Assembly (NCBI GenBank): GCA_028865345.1
Contig: JAGWKL010000006.1
Span: 2,724-66,723 of the forward strand
Reading direction: 5' to 3'
DNA length: 64,000 bases
Source of the DNA: Candidatus Omnitrophota bacterium
Lineage (GTDB): Bacteria; Omnitrophota; Gorgyraeia; Zapsychrales; Fredricksoniimonadaceae
The notes under the pieces were generated by a model. It ran no database searches and was not told the origin of the DNA. It worked only from the letters and a program-made list of their open reading frames with translations. The position numbers were made by a program, and so were the translations under genes. Within the stretch, counting starts at the first letter, position 1, and the number at the start of each line of letters is the position of its first letter. Positions 1 through 8,073 of the stretch are shown piece by piece.

Positions 1-48
1 AAGACCAAACCTTTCCGTAGTTTTCTTAAATCGATCGGCAAGGGTTGA

Positions 49-306
49 TTGATGAAATATGCCGTTGAGATAACTTCCAGCGCTCAGCGTCAGTTTAAGA
101 AGCTGCCAGAATCAATTCAAGAAAGTCTCACCCCTAAAATCCTATCGTTAGAAGAGAATCCGCGACCGGTTGGTACAAAAAAGTTACAAGCTTCGGACTA
201 TTATCGTATCAGGGTTGGGAATTATCGGGTCATTTATTCCATTAATGACAAGGCATGTTTGGTTAAAATATTGGATTTAGGCCATCGTAAGGACATTTAC
301 CGCTAA
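49..306 (+). CDS. Type II toxin-antitoxin system RelE/ParE-family toxin (mRNA interferase). The probable start is the ATG at 52.
   Basis: The 85-aa product ends in a C-terminal YRIRVGNYRVIYSINDKACLVKILDLGHRKDIY block typical of RelE/StbE/ParE toxins. Stops at 46-48 and 50-52 in the upstream frames abut or overlap the start, as expected for a coupled antitoxin truncated by the window edge. Confidence 0.8.
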   Translation: MMKYAVEITSSAQRQFKKLPESIQESLTPKILSLEENPRPVGTKKLQASDYYRIRVGNYRVIYSINDKACLVKILDLGHRKDIYR

Positions 307-308
307 TT

Positions 309-1346
309 TTGGTGGTGGGTTTGGTGGTGAAACGCCACAATAGCATCGAGCCAATAGCCTTTCCGGCCGGGGTTAGTTTTATCCTTGCCACGGCCGGCCG
401 GGAGTGGTATCGTAAAATCATCAAATCCTCCAAAATCCTCCATATACGCAAGAAGAAATGCTGCCGGTGCGGCAAGCCTGTTGCAAATGACCGTTCAATA
501 TATTGCCCGACATGTTCCAGGTTTGCCTTTCGCATGAAGGTCAGACGGTATCCGCCGGAGGTCGTTAAAGCGATTTGGGCGTATATCAAAAAATACGGTT
601 ATGTCTGCTATTACACGGGGATGCTGCTTAACATGACCGATCCTGAAAGCCCGTGGTTTTGCGTTTTTGACCATTGGGCGCCCCATGATCCAACCAAGAT
701 CGTCATCACCTGCGCGTTAATCAACGGCATGAAAACAGACCTCGCCGAAAAAGAGTTTTGGTCCATCGTCAGGGCGCTGGCCAACTTTAAGCGGCATCAT
801 ATCCCGCTAAGAAAAAGAAGGCTTGAGTTTTGGGACCATGATTACGCCCTCGCAGGGCCTGAATCAGCCCTTAGCAGCCCGATTTTGCCGACGCGTGGGA
901 CGGGGATATGCGACATTTGCGGCAAGCGGCTTAAAAGCATAATGTTCACCTATTGCCCCAGATGCGCCAAAATTGCCGTCCGGCTCAAAAGCGACGGCAA
1001 ACATTATTCGCCCCAGGCCGTGGAAGAGGTCATCAGCTATATGCGTACAAAAGGCTTTGTCTGTTATTTCACCGGCATGCGCCTGAACATCACCGATCCG
1101 ACAAGCCCGTGGTATCTCGTCTTCAACCGTTTAAGGCCCGGAGATAACAGCAAAATCGTGCCCACCTTTGCCTTGTTAAGCGTCATGAAGTTGGACTTGA
1201 CCGAAGATGAATTTTGGTATTACGTCGAGGCGCTGACTGACTATAAAGACAAAGGCACAAAGATCCGCAAAAGAACACCGGTATGCTGGAACAGACGTTA
1301 CCCGATCGAGGAGGAGTTAAAAGGGTATACTGAAACTGATCTTTAG
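309..1346 (+). CDS. Uncharacterised protein built from two tandem copies of a CxxC-x11-CxxC zinc ribbon followed by an HNH-like module. It is translationally coupled to the RelE-like gene, and the start is non-ATG (TTG at 309 or GTG at 312).
   Basis: An internal duplication is visible by eye. Repeat 1 reads CCRCGKPV..YCPTCSRFAFRMK..YGYVCYYTGMLLNMTDPESPWFCVFDHWAPHDPTKIVITCALINGMKTDLAEKEFW. Repeat 2 reads CDICGKRL..YCPRCAKIAVRLK..KGFVCYFTGMRLNITDPTSPWYLVFNRLRPGDNSKIVPTFALLSVMKLDLTEDEFW. The DH..P...(N)..K spacing of repeat 1 resembles an HNH/His-Me finger, whereas repeat 2 has NR in place of DH. Only 2 nt separate this gene from the toxin stop. Confidence 0.5.
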   Translation: MVVGLVVKRHNSIEPIAFPAGVSFILATAGREWYRKIIKSSKILHIRKKKCCRCGKPVANDRSIYCPTCSRFAFRMKVRRYPPEVVKAIWAYIKKYGYVCYYTGMLLNMTDPESPWFCVFDHWAPHDPTKIVITCALINGMKTDLAEKEFWSIVRALANFKRHHIPLRKRRLEFWDHDYALAGPESALSSPILPTRGTGICDICGKRLKSIMFTYCPRCAKIAVRLKSDGKHYSPQAVEEVISYMRTKGFVCYFTGMRLNITDPTSPWYLVFNRLRPGDNSKIVPTFALLSVMKLDLTEDEFWYYVEALTDYKDKGTKIRKRTPVCWNRRYPIEEELKGYTETDL

Positions 1347-1373
1347 AACAGATAGAAGACTTAAGGATGCGTT

Positions 1374-2558
1374 CTAAGCATATTGACCTGCCGCAAAACC
1401 GGATGCCCAAGCCCATTGAAAGTTAAATCCTCCCAAATGTCCGGTGACATCCACGACTTCACCAATAAAATATAATCCCGGGATCTTTTTGGTTTCCATT
1501 GTCTTTGAGGAGAGTTCATCCGTATCGATCCCCCCAACGGTGACTTCCGCCTTGGCGTAGCCTTCAGTCCCTTCGGGAATAATTTCCCAATTGTTAAGAC
1601 GGTTTCCTGTTTTTTGCAGTTGATCCAGGGAATAGTTGTTTAAGGGTTTGTTCTCCAGAAAATGATCGCACAGGACATCAGCCAGGCGTAACGGGAGATA
1701 ATCCTTAAGAAAGTTTTTCAAAGAAACCGTTGCTGTCCGGCGGGCTTTGAGAACCGCGGACATATCATGATCAGGGACAAGATTGATGGACAGGGGTTTC
1801 TTAGGCTCCCAATAAGACGATATCTGTAAAATGGCCGGGCCGCTTAAGCCTTTATGAGTGAATAAAATATTCTCGCGAAAATTCCTGTTTTCAAAACTGA
1901 CGAGAGCATCAAGGGAAACGCCGGAAAGGTCTTTAAAGATCCTCAGGTCTTTTTCCTGAAGGGTCAGGGGCACAAGACCCGGTTTGCAGGGGTTGACCTT
2001 GATATCAAATTTTTGGGCGATCTGATAACCCATATTTGTGGCCCCCAAGCTTGGAACAGAAAGCCCTCCGGTGGCGATGACCAGACTTTGAGACCGAAGT
2101 TCCTGCTGAGGGGTGGTAAGGGAAAAAAAGTCTTTGGGTGCAATGTCCATGACCTTGGCCCCAAGAAAGATATCCACGCCGTATCGGAGGCATTCTTTTT
2201 TAAGCAATCCGATGATATCCTGGGCGCTTTTGTCACAGAAAAGCTGGCCCAGTTTCTTTTCGTGAAAAGGGATTTTATGATTTTCGACCATCTTGCAGAA
2301 TTCTTGAGGGCCAAAGCGTGCCAATGCCGACTTGGCAAAATGCGGATTCTTGGAAATGAAGTTGCCGGCGGTTGTGTGAAGGTTGGTGAAATTGCAGCGG
2401 CCGCCGCCGGAAATACGGATCTTCTTGCCCACAGCTTCATTGTGCTCCAGGAGAAGAACGGACCGGCCCCGTTTGCCGGCTTCTATGGCGCACATGAGGC
2501 CGGCCGCCCCTGCGCCGATAATGATAACATCCTTTTGGATAGGACTGTCTTTTCCCAT
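1374..2558 (-). CDS. BaiN/YhiN (HI0933-like) family NAD(P)/FAD-dependent flavoprotein
   Basis: An N-terminal DVIIIGAGAAGLMCA dinucleotide-binding motif, RISGGGRCNFTN, and a C-terminal GLYFIGEVVDVTGHLGGFNFQWAWASG block are all characteristic of the family. Confidence 0.85.
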   Translation of the reverse strand: MGKDSPIQKDVIIIGAGAAGLMCAIEAGKRGRSVLLLEHNEAVGKKIRISGGGRCNFTNLHTTAGNFISKNPHFAKSALARFGPQEFCKMVENHKIPFHEKKLGQLFCDKSAQDIIGLLKKECLRYGVDIFLGAKVMDIAPKDFFSLTTPQQELRSQSLVIATGGLSVPSLGATNMGYQIAQKFDIKVNPCKPGLVPLTLQEKDLRIFKDLSGVSLDALVSFENRNFRENILFTHKGLSGPAILQISSYWEPKKPLSINLVPDHDMSAVLKARRTATVSLKNFLKDYLPLRLADVLCDHFLENKPLNNYSLDQLQKTGNRLNNWEIIPEGTEGYAKAEVTVGGIDTDELSSKTMETKKIPGLYFIGEVVDVTGHLGGFNFQWAWASGFAAGQYA

Positions 2559-2715
2559 GTAAGATATTGTGGCACAAGTTCATTTATAACAAATACAAAG
2601 ATTTATAAAATATTTTTTAGGGGGCGGCGTTGGTTGTGAGACCGTGTCATGGCAATGAGCAAACGGCCTTTTTGGCCGGGGACATTGATGACATAACTAT
2701 GTGTAATGGAACAAC

Positions 2716-3606
2716 TTGCAAGTTGGTCTTATTGGGATTAAAATAAAATATATGAAAGAATCGACATTTAGAATTCTGTTGATCGTCGGCTGCATTTTTA
2801 TGACGCTCCTCATCGCCTTTTTGAATTACCTTGCCGGCTATGAATGGGGATTCGCGATATTTTATCTTGTGCCGATCTGCGTGGCATCATGGTATGGCGA
2901 TTTGTTACTTGGTGTTTTTACGGTGTTTTGTTCTACGACGTTCTGGCTGTTTGCAGAAATAGCAACGGGGCATCACTATAGCTTTTTTTTGATCCCGTAT
3001 TGGAACGCCTGCATGCGGGGGCTTCTTTTTCTTATTATCAGCATCCTCATCCACCATTTAAAAAAATCCCTATTAAAGGAAAAATTATTTGCCCGTAAAG
3101 ATTTTTTGACCTCAGCCGCCAATACTAAAGCTTTTTATGAGTCGGCGGAAATGGAAATCATACGTTCCCAGAGGTTTAAGCGCCCTTTTTGCCTTGCCTA
3201 TATCGATTGCGATAATTTTAAACAAATTAATGATCGTTTGGGGCATTCCGCAGGGGATAATTTTCTAAAAGAAATGGTGCTTGTGATGAATAAAAATGTC
3301 CGTAAGACGGATACAGTGGCCCGTTTGGGGGGAGATGAATTTGCCATACTATTTTCGGAAATGCCTGGAAACGTCGCCAAAGAAATTATCATAAGGATCG
3401 GTAGGGAGCTAAAAGAGGCGGGCAAGGTAAAAAAATGGCAGGCGACATTCAGCATAGGGCTGATCTCTTTTGCGATCGCCCCTTCCAGTGTTGATGAGGC
3501 TTTAAAAAAGGCAGATGGGTTGATGTATGATGCTAAAAAAAGCGGCAAGAATCGAATGATGTTAGAACTCTCCCCCAATAGCAGGGAAGAAGTTGTTCTG
3601 GGCTGA
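2716..3606 (+). CDS. Membrane-anchored diguanylate cyclase (GGDEF domain)
   Basis: About four N-terminal TM helices precede a GGDEF domain with the RLGGDEFAILF active-site motif and the YIDCDNFKQINDRLGH block. Confidence 0.85.
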   Translation: MQVGLIGIKIKYMKESTFRILLIVGCIFMTLLIAFLNYLAGYEWGFAIFYLVPICVASWYGDLLLGVFTVFCSTTFWLFAEIATGHHYSFFLIPYWNACMRGLLFLIISILIHHLKKSLLKEKLFARKDFLTSAANTKAFYESAEMEIIRSQRFKRPFCLAYIDCDNFKQINDRLGHSAGDNFLKEMVLVMNKNVRKTDTVARLGGDEFAILFSEMPGNVAKEIIIRIGRELKEAGKVKKWQATFSIGLISFAIAPSSVDEALKKADGLMYDAKKSGKNRMMLELSPNSREEVVLG

Positions 3607-3621
3607 TCCCTGATGGATCCG

Positions 3622-4314
3622 TTAACGCAGGGCCCGCCCGGCAGGCCTGAGCATCTTTTTCCGGTTAAAAAAGATGAGCAGGATACCGGCAAAAAGGCAA
3701 AGCAGTATCGTCGGCGGCTCCGGGGTCGCTATCACGAGCTGGGCCTGGGCCGGCGCGCCGTTGGTATTGTACATTTGAAGGATATCAACGCCGTAGGCGC
3801 CGTTGCTGGGGGCAAACGCCGCCGAACTTCCGCCCAGATCGGTGATGGCAAGATTGTAATAGGGGTCGCCGGATATGGACGGAAAGCCGCCAAGGATCGT
3901 TTGGCCTTGAAACGCCCAGAGGGCGGACTGAAGCTCGCCGTTGTCGGCCTTTCGGGTGGCGGCATCCGTATAATCGTAGCCGGACAGGGTGCCGGTGGCA
4001 AATTGGTCATAGAGAAACGCCGTGCCCATGGTCAGCTTCTGGCCGGTGCTTTCCGTGTCGGTCAGAACATAGGAATATTTAGTGCCGGGATAAAAGTCCA
4101 CGGTTGATTGGACGCAGAAGGTTTCAAACCCTCCATTCAGGATCGCTGACGGCGCATAGTTGTCCAGGAAATTGTTGGGGGTCGTGTGGGCGGTGAACTC
4201 GCCGCCGTCCCTATAGGAATAGATGTTTTGATCCAATATAACGTTTTGCGCCCTGGCCGTCGAAAGTCCCGCCAGCAACATGCCTGCTGCTAAAAGTATT
4301 TTGTTGATTTTCAT
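3622..4314 (-). CDS. Secreted PEP-CTERM-anchored protein (exosortase substrate)
   Basis: An N-terminal signal peptide (MKINKILLAAGMLLAGLSTARA) is paired with a C-terminal VIATPEPPTILLCLFAGILLIFFNRKK segment, which is PEP plus a TM helix plus a basic tail. The body is Gly/Thr/Tyr-rich. Confidence 0.7.
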   Translation of the reverse strand: MKINKILLAAGMLLAGLSTARAQNVILDQNIYSYRDGGEFTAHTTPNNFLDNYAPSAILNGGFETFCVQSTVDFYPGTKYSYVLTDTESTGQKLTMGTAFLYDQFATGTLSGYDYTDAATRKADNGELQSALWAFQGQTILGGFPSISGDPYYNLAITDLGGSSAAFAPSNGAYGVDILQMYNTNGAPAQAQLVIATPEPPTILLCLFAGILLIFFNRKKMLRPAGRALR

Positions 4315-4603
4315 AATTATCCTTTTGCGTCTAAGTTGGTTACGCCGGTTGACAAATGTGTATAGGCCTTAATTTAAAGGCTCAATAAACTTAGAATAAC
4401 GGCTGCGAAAACGCTTTCTTCCAAGGGTATGGTGAAGGTATAACATGTTTTTGATGAAAATGCCAATTTATTTTTTGACGCCGCTTATCCGAATTTTTAA
4501 CCGGACCATGGAAACGGCGGTCCTGGATGAACACAGATCCGCCGGTTGTTTTATATCCCCCTTATCAGGTATACTTTAAGCAGGTGAAGGTGGACCTTAG
4601 ACT

Positions 4604-5173
4604 ATGGGCAGCCAGTTGCTCAAATTCAAGATTCTGACCATTCCCCATCTTCTGCTTTTCTTTGTCTTCTTTTCAGCCCCTTGTTTTGCCGGCGAAGTCG
4701 ATATGGACCTCTTCGGATTCACCTATCATTTGCATAAAAAGGGCGCCGTACGCAACGCCCCTTTAAAGCTGGATGAAAAAGGTTTCGCGGTGTTCAATCC
4801 CGGCCTGGGCCTGGGGTATGATTTCCGCCCCGACCGGCACACCGACGGCTTCTCGGCCGTGGTGCACGGCGGGATCTTTGAAAACTGCAACAATCATCCG
4901 TTCACTTTCGCCGGAGCAGGGGCCAGGTACAGAAAATATTTCAACAAAACGACCTTTGTGGAGACCAATGTCCTTGGCGTGTTGACGTACGGCAATGACT
5001 CGGACGACAAAGATTATAAATTGACGCCCACCCCGTATGTGAATATCGGCGTCGGCCATGATTACGGCAGATATTCGGTCACGTATTATGTCAGCTATAT
5101 CCCCAAAGGCAGCGGCGGGGGCATCACCAAAAGCACGGACATGCTGTTTTTCAGCGCCGCGGTGTCGTTTTAG
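4604..5173 (+). CDS. PagP-like outer-membrane lipid A palmitoyltransferase family protein, small beta-barrel
   Basis: A signal peptide precedes the protein, and the C-terminus ends in ...FFSAAVSF. The blocks YKLTPTPYVNIGVGHDYG and YIPKG parallel the E. coli PagP segments YIPLPVLLPLASVGYG and YIPGT, and a His-containing FGFTYHLHKKG strand lies near the N-terminus. Confidence 0.5.
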   Translation: MGSQLLKFKILTIPHLLLFFVFFSAPCFAGEVDMDLFGFTYHLHKKGAVRNAPLKLDEKGFAVFNPGLGLGYDFRPDRHTDGFSAVVHGGIFENCNNHPFTFAGAGARYRKYFNKTTFVETNVLGVLTYGNDSDDKDYKLTPTPYVNIGVGHDYGRYSVTYYVSYIPKGSGGGITKSTDMLFFSAAVSF

Positions 5174-5225
5174 AAAATTTATACTAAACCCTTGATTTGG
5201 AGCTGCCGGTCTTTAAGATACATCT

Positions 5226-6806
5226 ATGGGGCGGATCATTTTCCTGCTGGCTTCACTTTTGGTGATCGTCATTAATGGTGTTCTTGCCCCTGTTTTTCCC
5301 CGCATCTGGTATTCCATGTTTTTTTTCGGCCCGGTGATCCTTGTGGGGTTGATGGACATGTTCCAGCAACACCATGCCATCCGCCGCAATTTTCCCATCA
5401 TCGGCAATTTCAGGTATCTGCTGGAGTTTTTCCGTCCGGAAATCAACCAGTATTTCGTCGAATCCAACACTTCGGGGACCCCGTTCAACCGGCTGGACCG
5501 TTCCCTGGTCTATCAGCGGGCCAAGGGCCAGCTGGATACCCTGCCCTTCGGGACGCAGAAGAATGTTTATGAAGTCGGCTATGAATGGGTGACCCATTCC
5601 ATCATGCCGGCGCATGTCGACCCCGCGTCGCTGCGGGTGGTGATCGGGGCTTCCCGCAGCAAGCCGTATCAGGCGAGCATCTTTAATATCGGCGCCATGA
5701 GTTTCGGCTCATTGAGCAAGAACGCGGTGATGGCCCTTAATCAAGGGGCCCGCATGGGAGGCTTTGCCCAAAACACCGGCGAGGGAGGCCTGACCTCCTA
5801 CCACCGGCAGGGGGGCGATTTGATCTGGCAGGTCGGCACGGGGTATTTCGGCTGCCGCGACCATGACGGTAAATTCTCGCCGGAGCGTTTCGCTGAAAAC
5901 GCCTCCCTGCCCGAAGTCAAAATGATAGAGCTTAAAATTTCCCAGGGGGCCAAGCCCGGCCATGGAGGGATTTTGCCCGCGGAGAAGGTCACCGAGGAGA
6001 TCGCCCGGTTCCGCGGGGTCGAAAAGGGCAAAAGCGTGATATCCCCGCCCGGCCACTCGGCCTTCTCGACACCTTTGGAGCTCGTGGGCTTTATTGAACG
6101 GTTGAGGGAACTTTCCGGCGGAAAGCCGGTGGGGTTCAAGATATGCGTCGGCAAGCCGCGGGAATTCATGGCCATTTGCAAGGCCATGATCAAAACCGGC
6201 ATCACGCCGGATTTCATCACCGTCGACGGCGGCGAAGGAGGGACCGGGGCGGCGCCGCTGGAGTTTTCCAATTATGTCGGCTCTCCGCTGAATGAGGGCC
6301 TGGTGTTTGTCCATAACGCTCTGGTCGGGTTTGCCCTGCGCGGCAAGGTCAGGATCATTTCGTCGGGCAAGATCAATTCGGGCTTCGGCATCATCAAGCA
6401 CATGGTCATGGGCGCCGACCTGTGCTATTCTTCGCGGGGCATGATGCTTGCCCTGGGCTGCATCCAGGCCCTGAAATGCAACACCAACCATTGCCCAACG
6501 GGCGTTGCCACCCAGGACGCCTCCCTGGTCCGCGGCCTGGTGGTGGCCCAGAAAAATAAGCGGGTGGCCAATTTTCATAAGGCGACGGTCAAAAGTTTTG
6601 CCGAGATCTTGGGAGCGATGGGTTTTCACGAGCCCAAACAATTAAGGCCCAGGCATTTGATGCGGCGCATCTCGCTTTCCCAGGTCAAAGACTACAGCGA
6701 GATCTATCCTTTTATCGAAGAGGGGGCTTTGCTTAAAGATCCTATCCCTCCGGCATTTGAAAGGTCCTATCGGGCGTCCTGCGCTGAAACATTTGAGCAT
6801 GTTTGA
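5226..6806 (+). CDS. Membrane-anchored FMN-binding glutamate synthase family protein (GltB domain-2-like)
   Basis: N-terminal TM helices are followed by the conserved blocks GAMSFGSLS, ISQGAKPGHGGILP, ITVDGGEGGTGAAP and CNTNHCPTGVATQD. Confidence 0.85.
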   Translation: MGRIIFLLASLLVIVINGVLAPVFPRIWYSMFFFGPVILVGLMDMFQQHHAIRRNFPIIGNFRYLLEFFRPEINQYFVESNTSGTPFNRLDRSLVYQRAKGQLDTLPFGTQKNVYEVGYEWVTHSIMPAHVDPASLRVVIGASRSKPYQASIFNIGAMSFGSLSKNAVMALNQGARMGGFAQNTGEGGLTSYHRQGGDLIWQVGTGYFGCRDHDGKFSPERFAENASLPEVKMIELKISQGAKPGHGGILPAEKVTEEIARFRGVEKGKSVISPPGHSAFSTPLELVGFIERLRELSGGKPVGFKICVGKPREFMAICKAMIKTGITPDFITVDGGEGGTGAAPLEFSNYVGSPLNEGLVFVHNALVGFALRGKVRIISSGKINSGFGIIKHMVMGADLCYSSRGMMLALGCIQALKCNTNHCPTGVATQDASLVRGLVVAQKNKRVANFHKATVKSFAEILGAMGFHEPKQLRPRHLMRRISLSQVKDYSEIYPFIEEGALLKDPIPPAFERSYRASCAETFEHV

Positions 6807-7411
6807 ATCTTTTTTTGATTGCGGCGTTAATTTTTGCTATTATTAGGATCTATATGGCCAGGACCGTTGCTTTATTGATAATGAGTTTTTGCTTTGCTTC
6901 GATGGCAGGGGCGGAGACGATCGTGCTTGACTCCGGCCAAACAGTGGAAGGACAGATCATCGCGCGCAACGCTATGAACGTGCTGGTCAATGTCCACGGC
7001 ACCCCTGAAACTTTTTATTGGGGGGAGGTCGAATCCATCGACGGGCAAAGCGTCGATCTCCATCTGCCGCAACCCGCGCAAACCCCCGCGGCGCAAGAAG
7101 GGACCGGGACGGTTCAAGACAAAAAGGCGGTGGCCCCGCATCATGGGGATGCGGAAAAACGCAAGCACCATCCGGCCTCTCCTATAGCGAAAGCGTCGGT
7201 ACCGGCAAAAGCAGCCGTACCGGCGGCACCGGCGATACCGCCGGCAGCGCTGCAGGCTCTCCATCCTGAATCACCAACGCCCAACGTCATTCCCACAACG
7301 GACGGCGGCATCATTGTTGTCACGCATGACAAGATCACAAAATACGACAAAGATCTGCGTGTGATCAAGGAAGTGGACTTAAATAATCATACTTCCCAAG
7401 GTTTAAAATAA
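6803..7411 (+). CDS. Hypothetical secreted protein, member of a three-paralogue family in this window. The probable start is MARTVALL at 6857.
   Basis: After the signal peptide comes ETIVLDSGQTVEGQII...VLVNVHG...IDGQ, which is shared with 16179-16730 and 32531-33229, followed by a Pro/Ala-rich linker. Confidence 0.5.
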   Translation: MNLFLIAALIFAIIRIYMARTVALLIMSFCFASMAGAETIVLDSGQTVEGQIIARNAMNVLVNVHGTPETFYWGEVESIDGQSVDLHLPQPAQTPAAQEGTGTVQDKKAVAPHHGDAEKRKHHPASPIAKASVPAKAAVPAAPAIPPAALQALHPESPTPNVIPTTDGGIIVVTHDKITKYDKDLRVIKEVDLNNHTSQGLK

Positions 7412-7460
7412 GCCTTCTTGCGATCTTCCCAAGTCTATAATCAGTAGAAAAGCGCTCACC

Positions 7461-7489
7461 TTGACACCCAATATGGCGGATGTTATACT
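7461..7489 (+). promoter_or_regulatory. Sigma70-type promoter, TTGACA-17 nt-TATACT, with an extended -10 (TGT)
   Basis: TTGACA lies at 7461-7466, followed by a 17-nt spacer and TATACT at 7484-7489. This means the track ORF start at 7480 cannot be the real start. Confidence 0.45.
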
Positions 7490-7553
7490 TTGCCCCGGTG
7501 TCCCAGAGGATGGGACAGGTATCGAAAAAAGACGGTAATATTTATGAATATAT

Positions 7554-8073
7554 GAAAATTTCCATAAACTATTTTATGACAATAGGTTATGTGATCATTA
7601 GAAGGATTGCCCTGGTTTTTATCTTGTGCTTTTGGGGTGCCGTACCTTCTTTTGCCCAAACTTTGAGCCAAAATTATATAGATGGGATGAGGTCTTTAAC
7701 CGTTAATACCTTGATACAATACGGCCAACTGCTCTATGACCGGGGTGACCTTGACGGCGCCCGGGCCGTTTTTGACCACGTTTTAACCTTTAACAGCCAT
7801 CAGGCCCAGGCATTGCAGTACCTTAAGGAGATGGGTTATACGCCTCATGTTTCCGTGGTTCCCAAGCCTAAGCCGCCGGCACCTGAAATCCTTCCCCAAG
7901 TTGTCGTGAATGGTCCCAAAATTGTGCCGGTAGCCGAATCAGATAAACGGATCGTGGACGCGGTGAACGTTAAGGATATTGTTAGTTTAAAGAAGGCCAT
8001 TGAGGCCCAGAAGCGGATCATAGGACAATTGAAAGCCCAGGTCAGGGAAATGAGGGATGGCCTCGCTTCTTAA
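7554..8073 (+). CDS. Hypothetical secreted protein, start uncertain
   Basis: The signal-peptide-like segment IIRRIALVFILCFWGAVPSFAQT is followed by a TPR-like helical region (YGQLLYDRGDLDGARAVFDHVL). Confidence 0.45.

Noticed and set aside
7480-7553. Track start of ORF 7480-8073
   Set aside because: This start overlaps the TTGACA-17-TATACT promoter, so the transcript would begin downstream of it. A later in-frame start at about 7554 or 7576 is more plausible.
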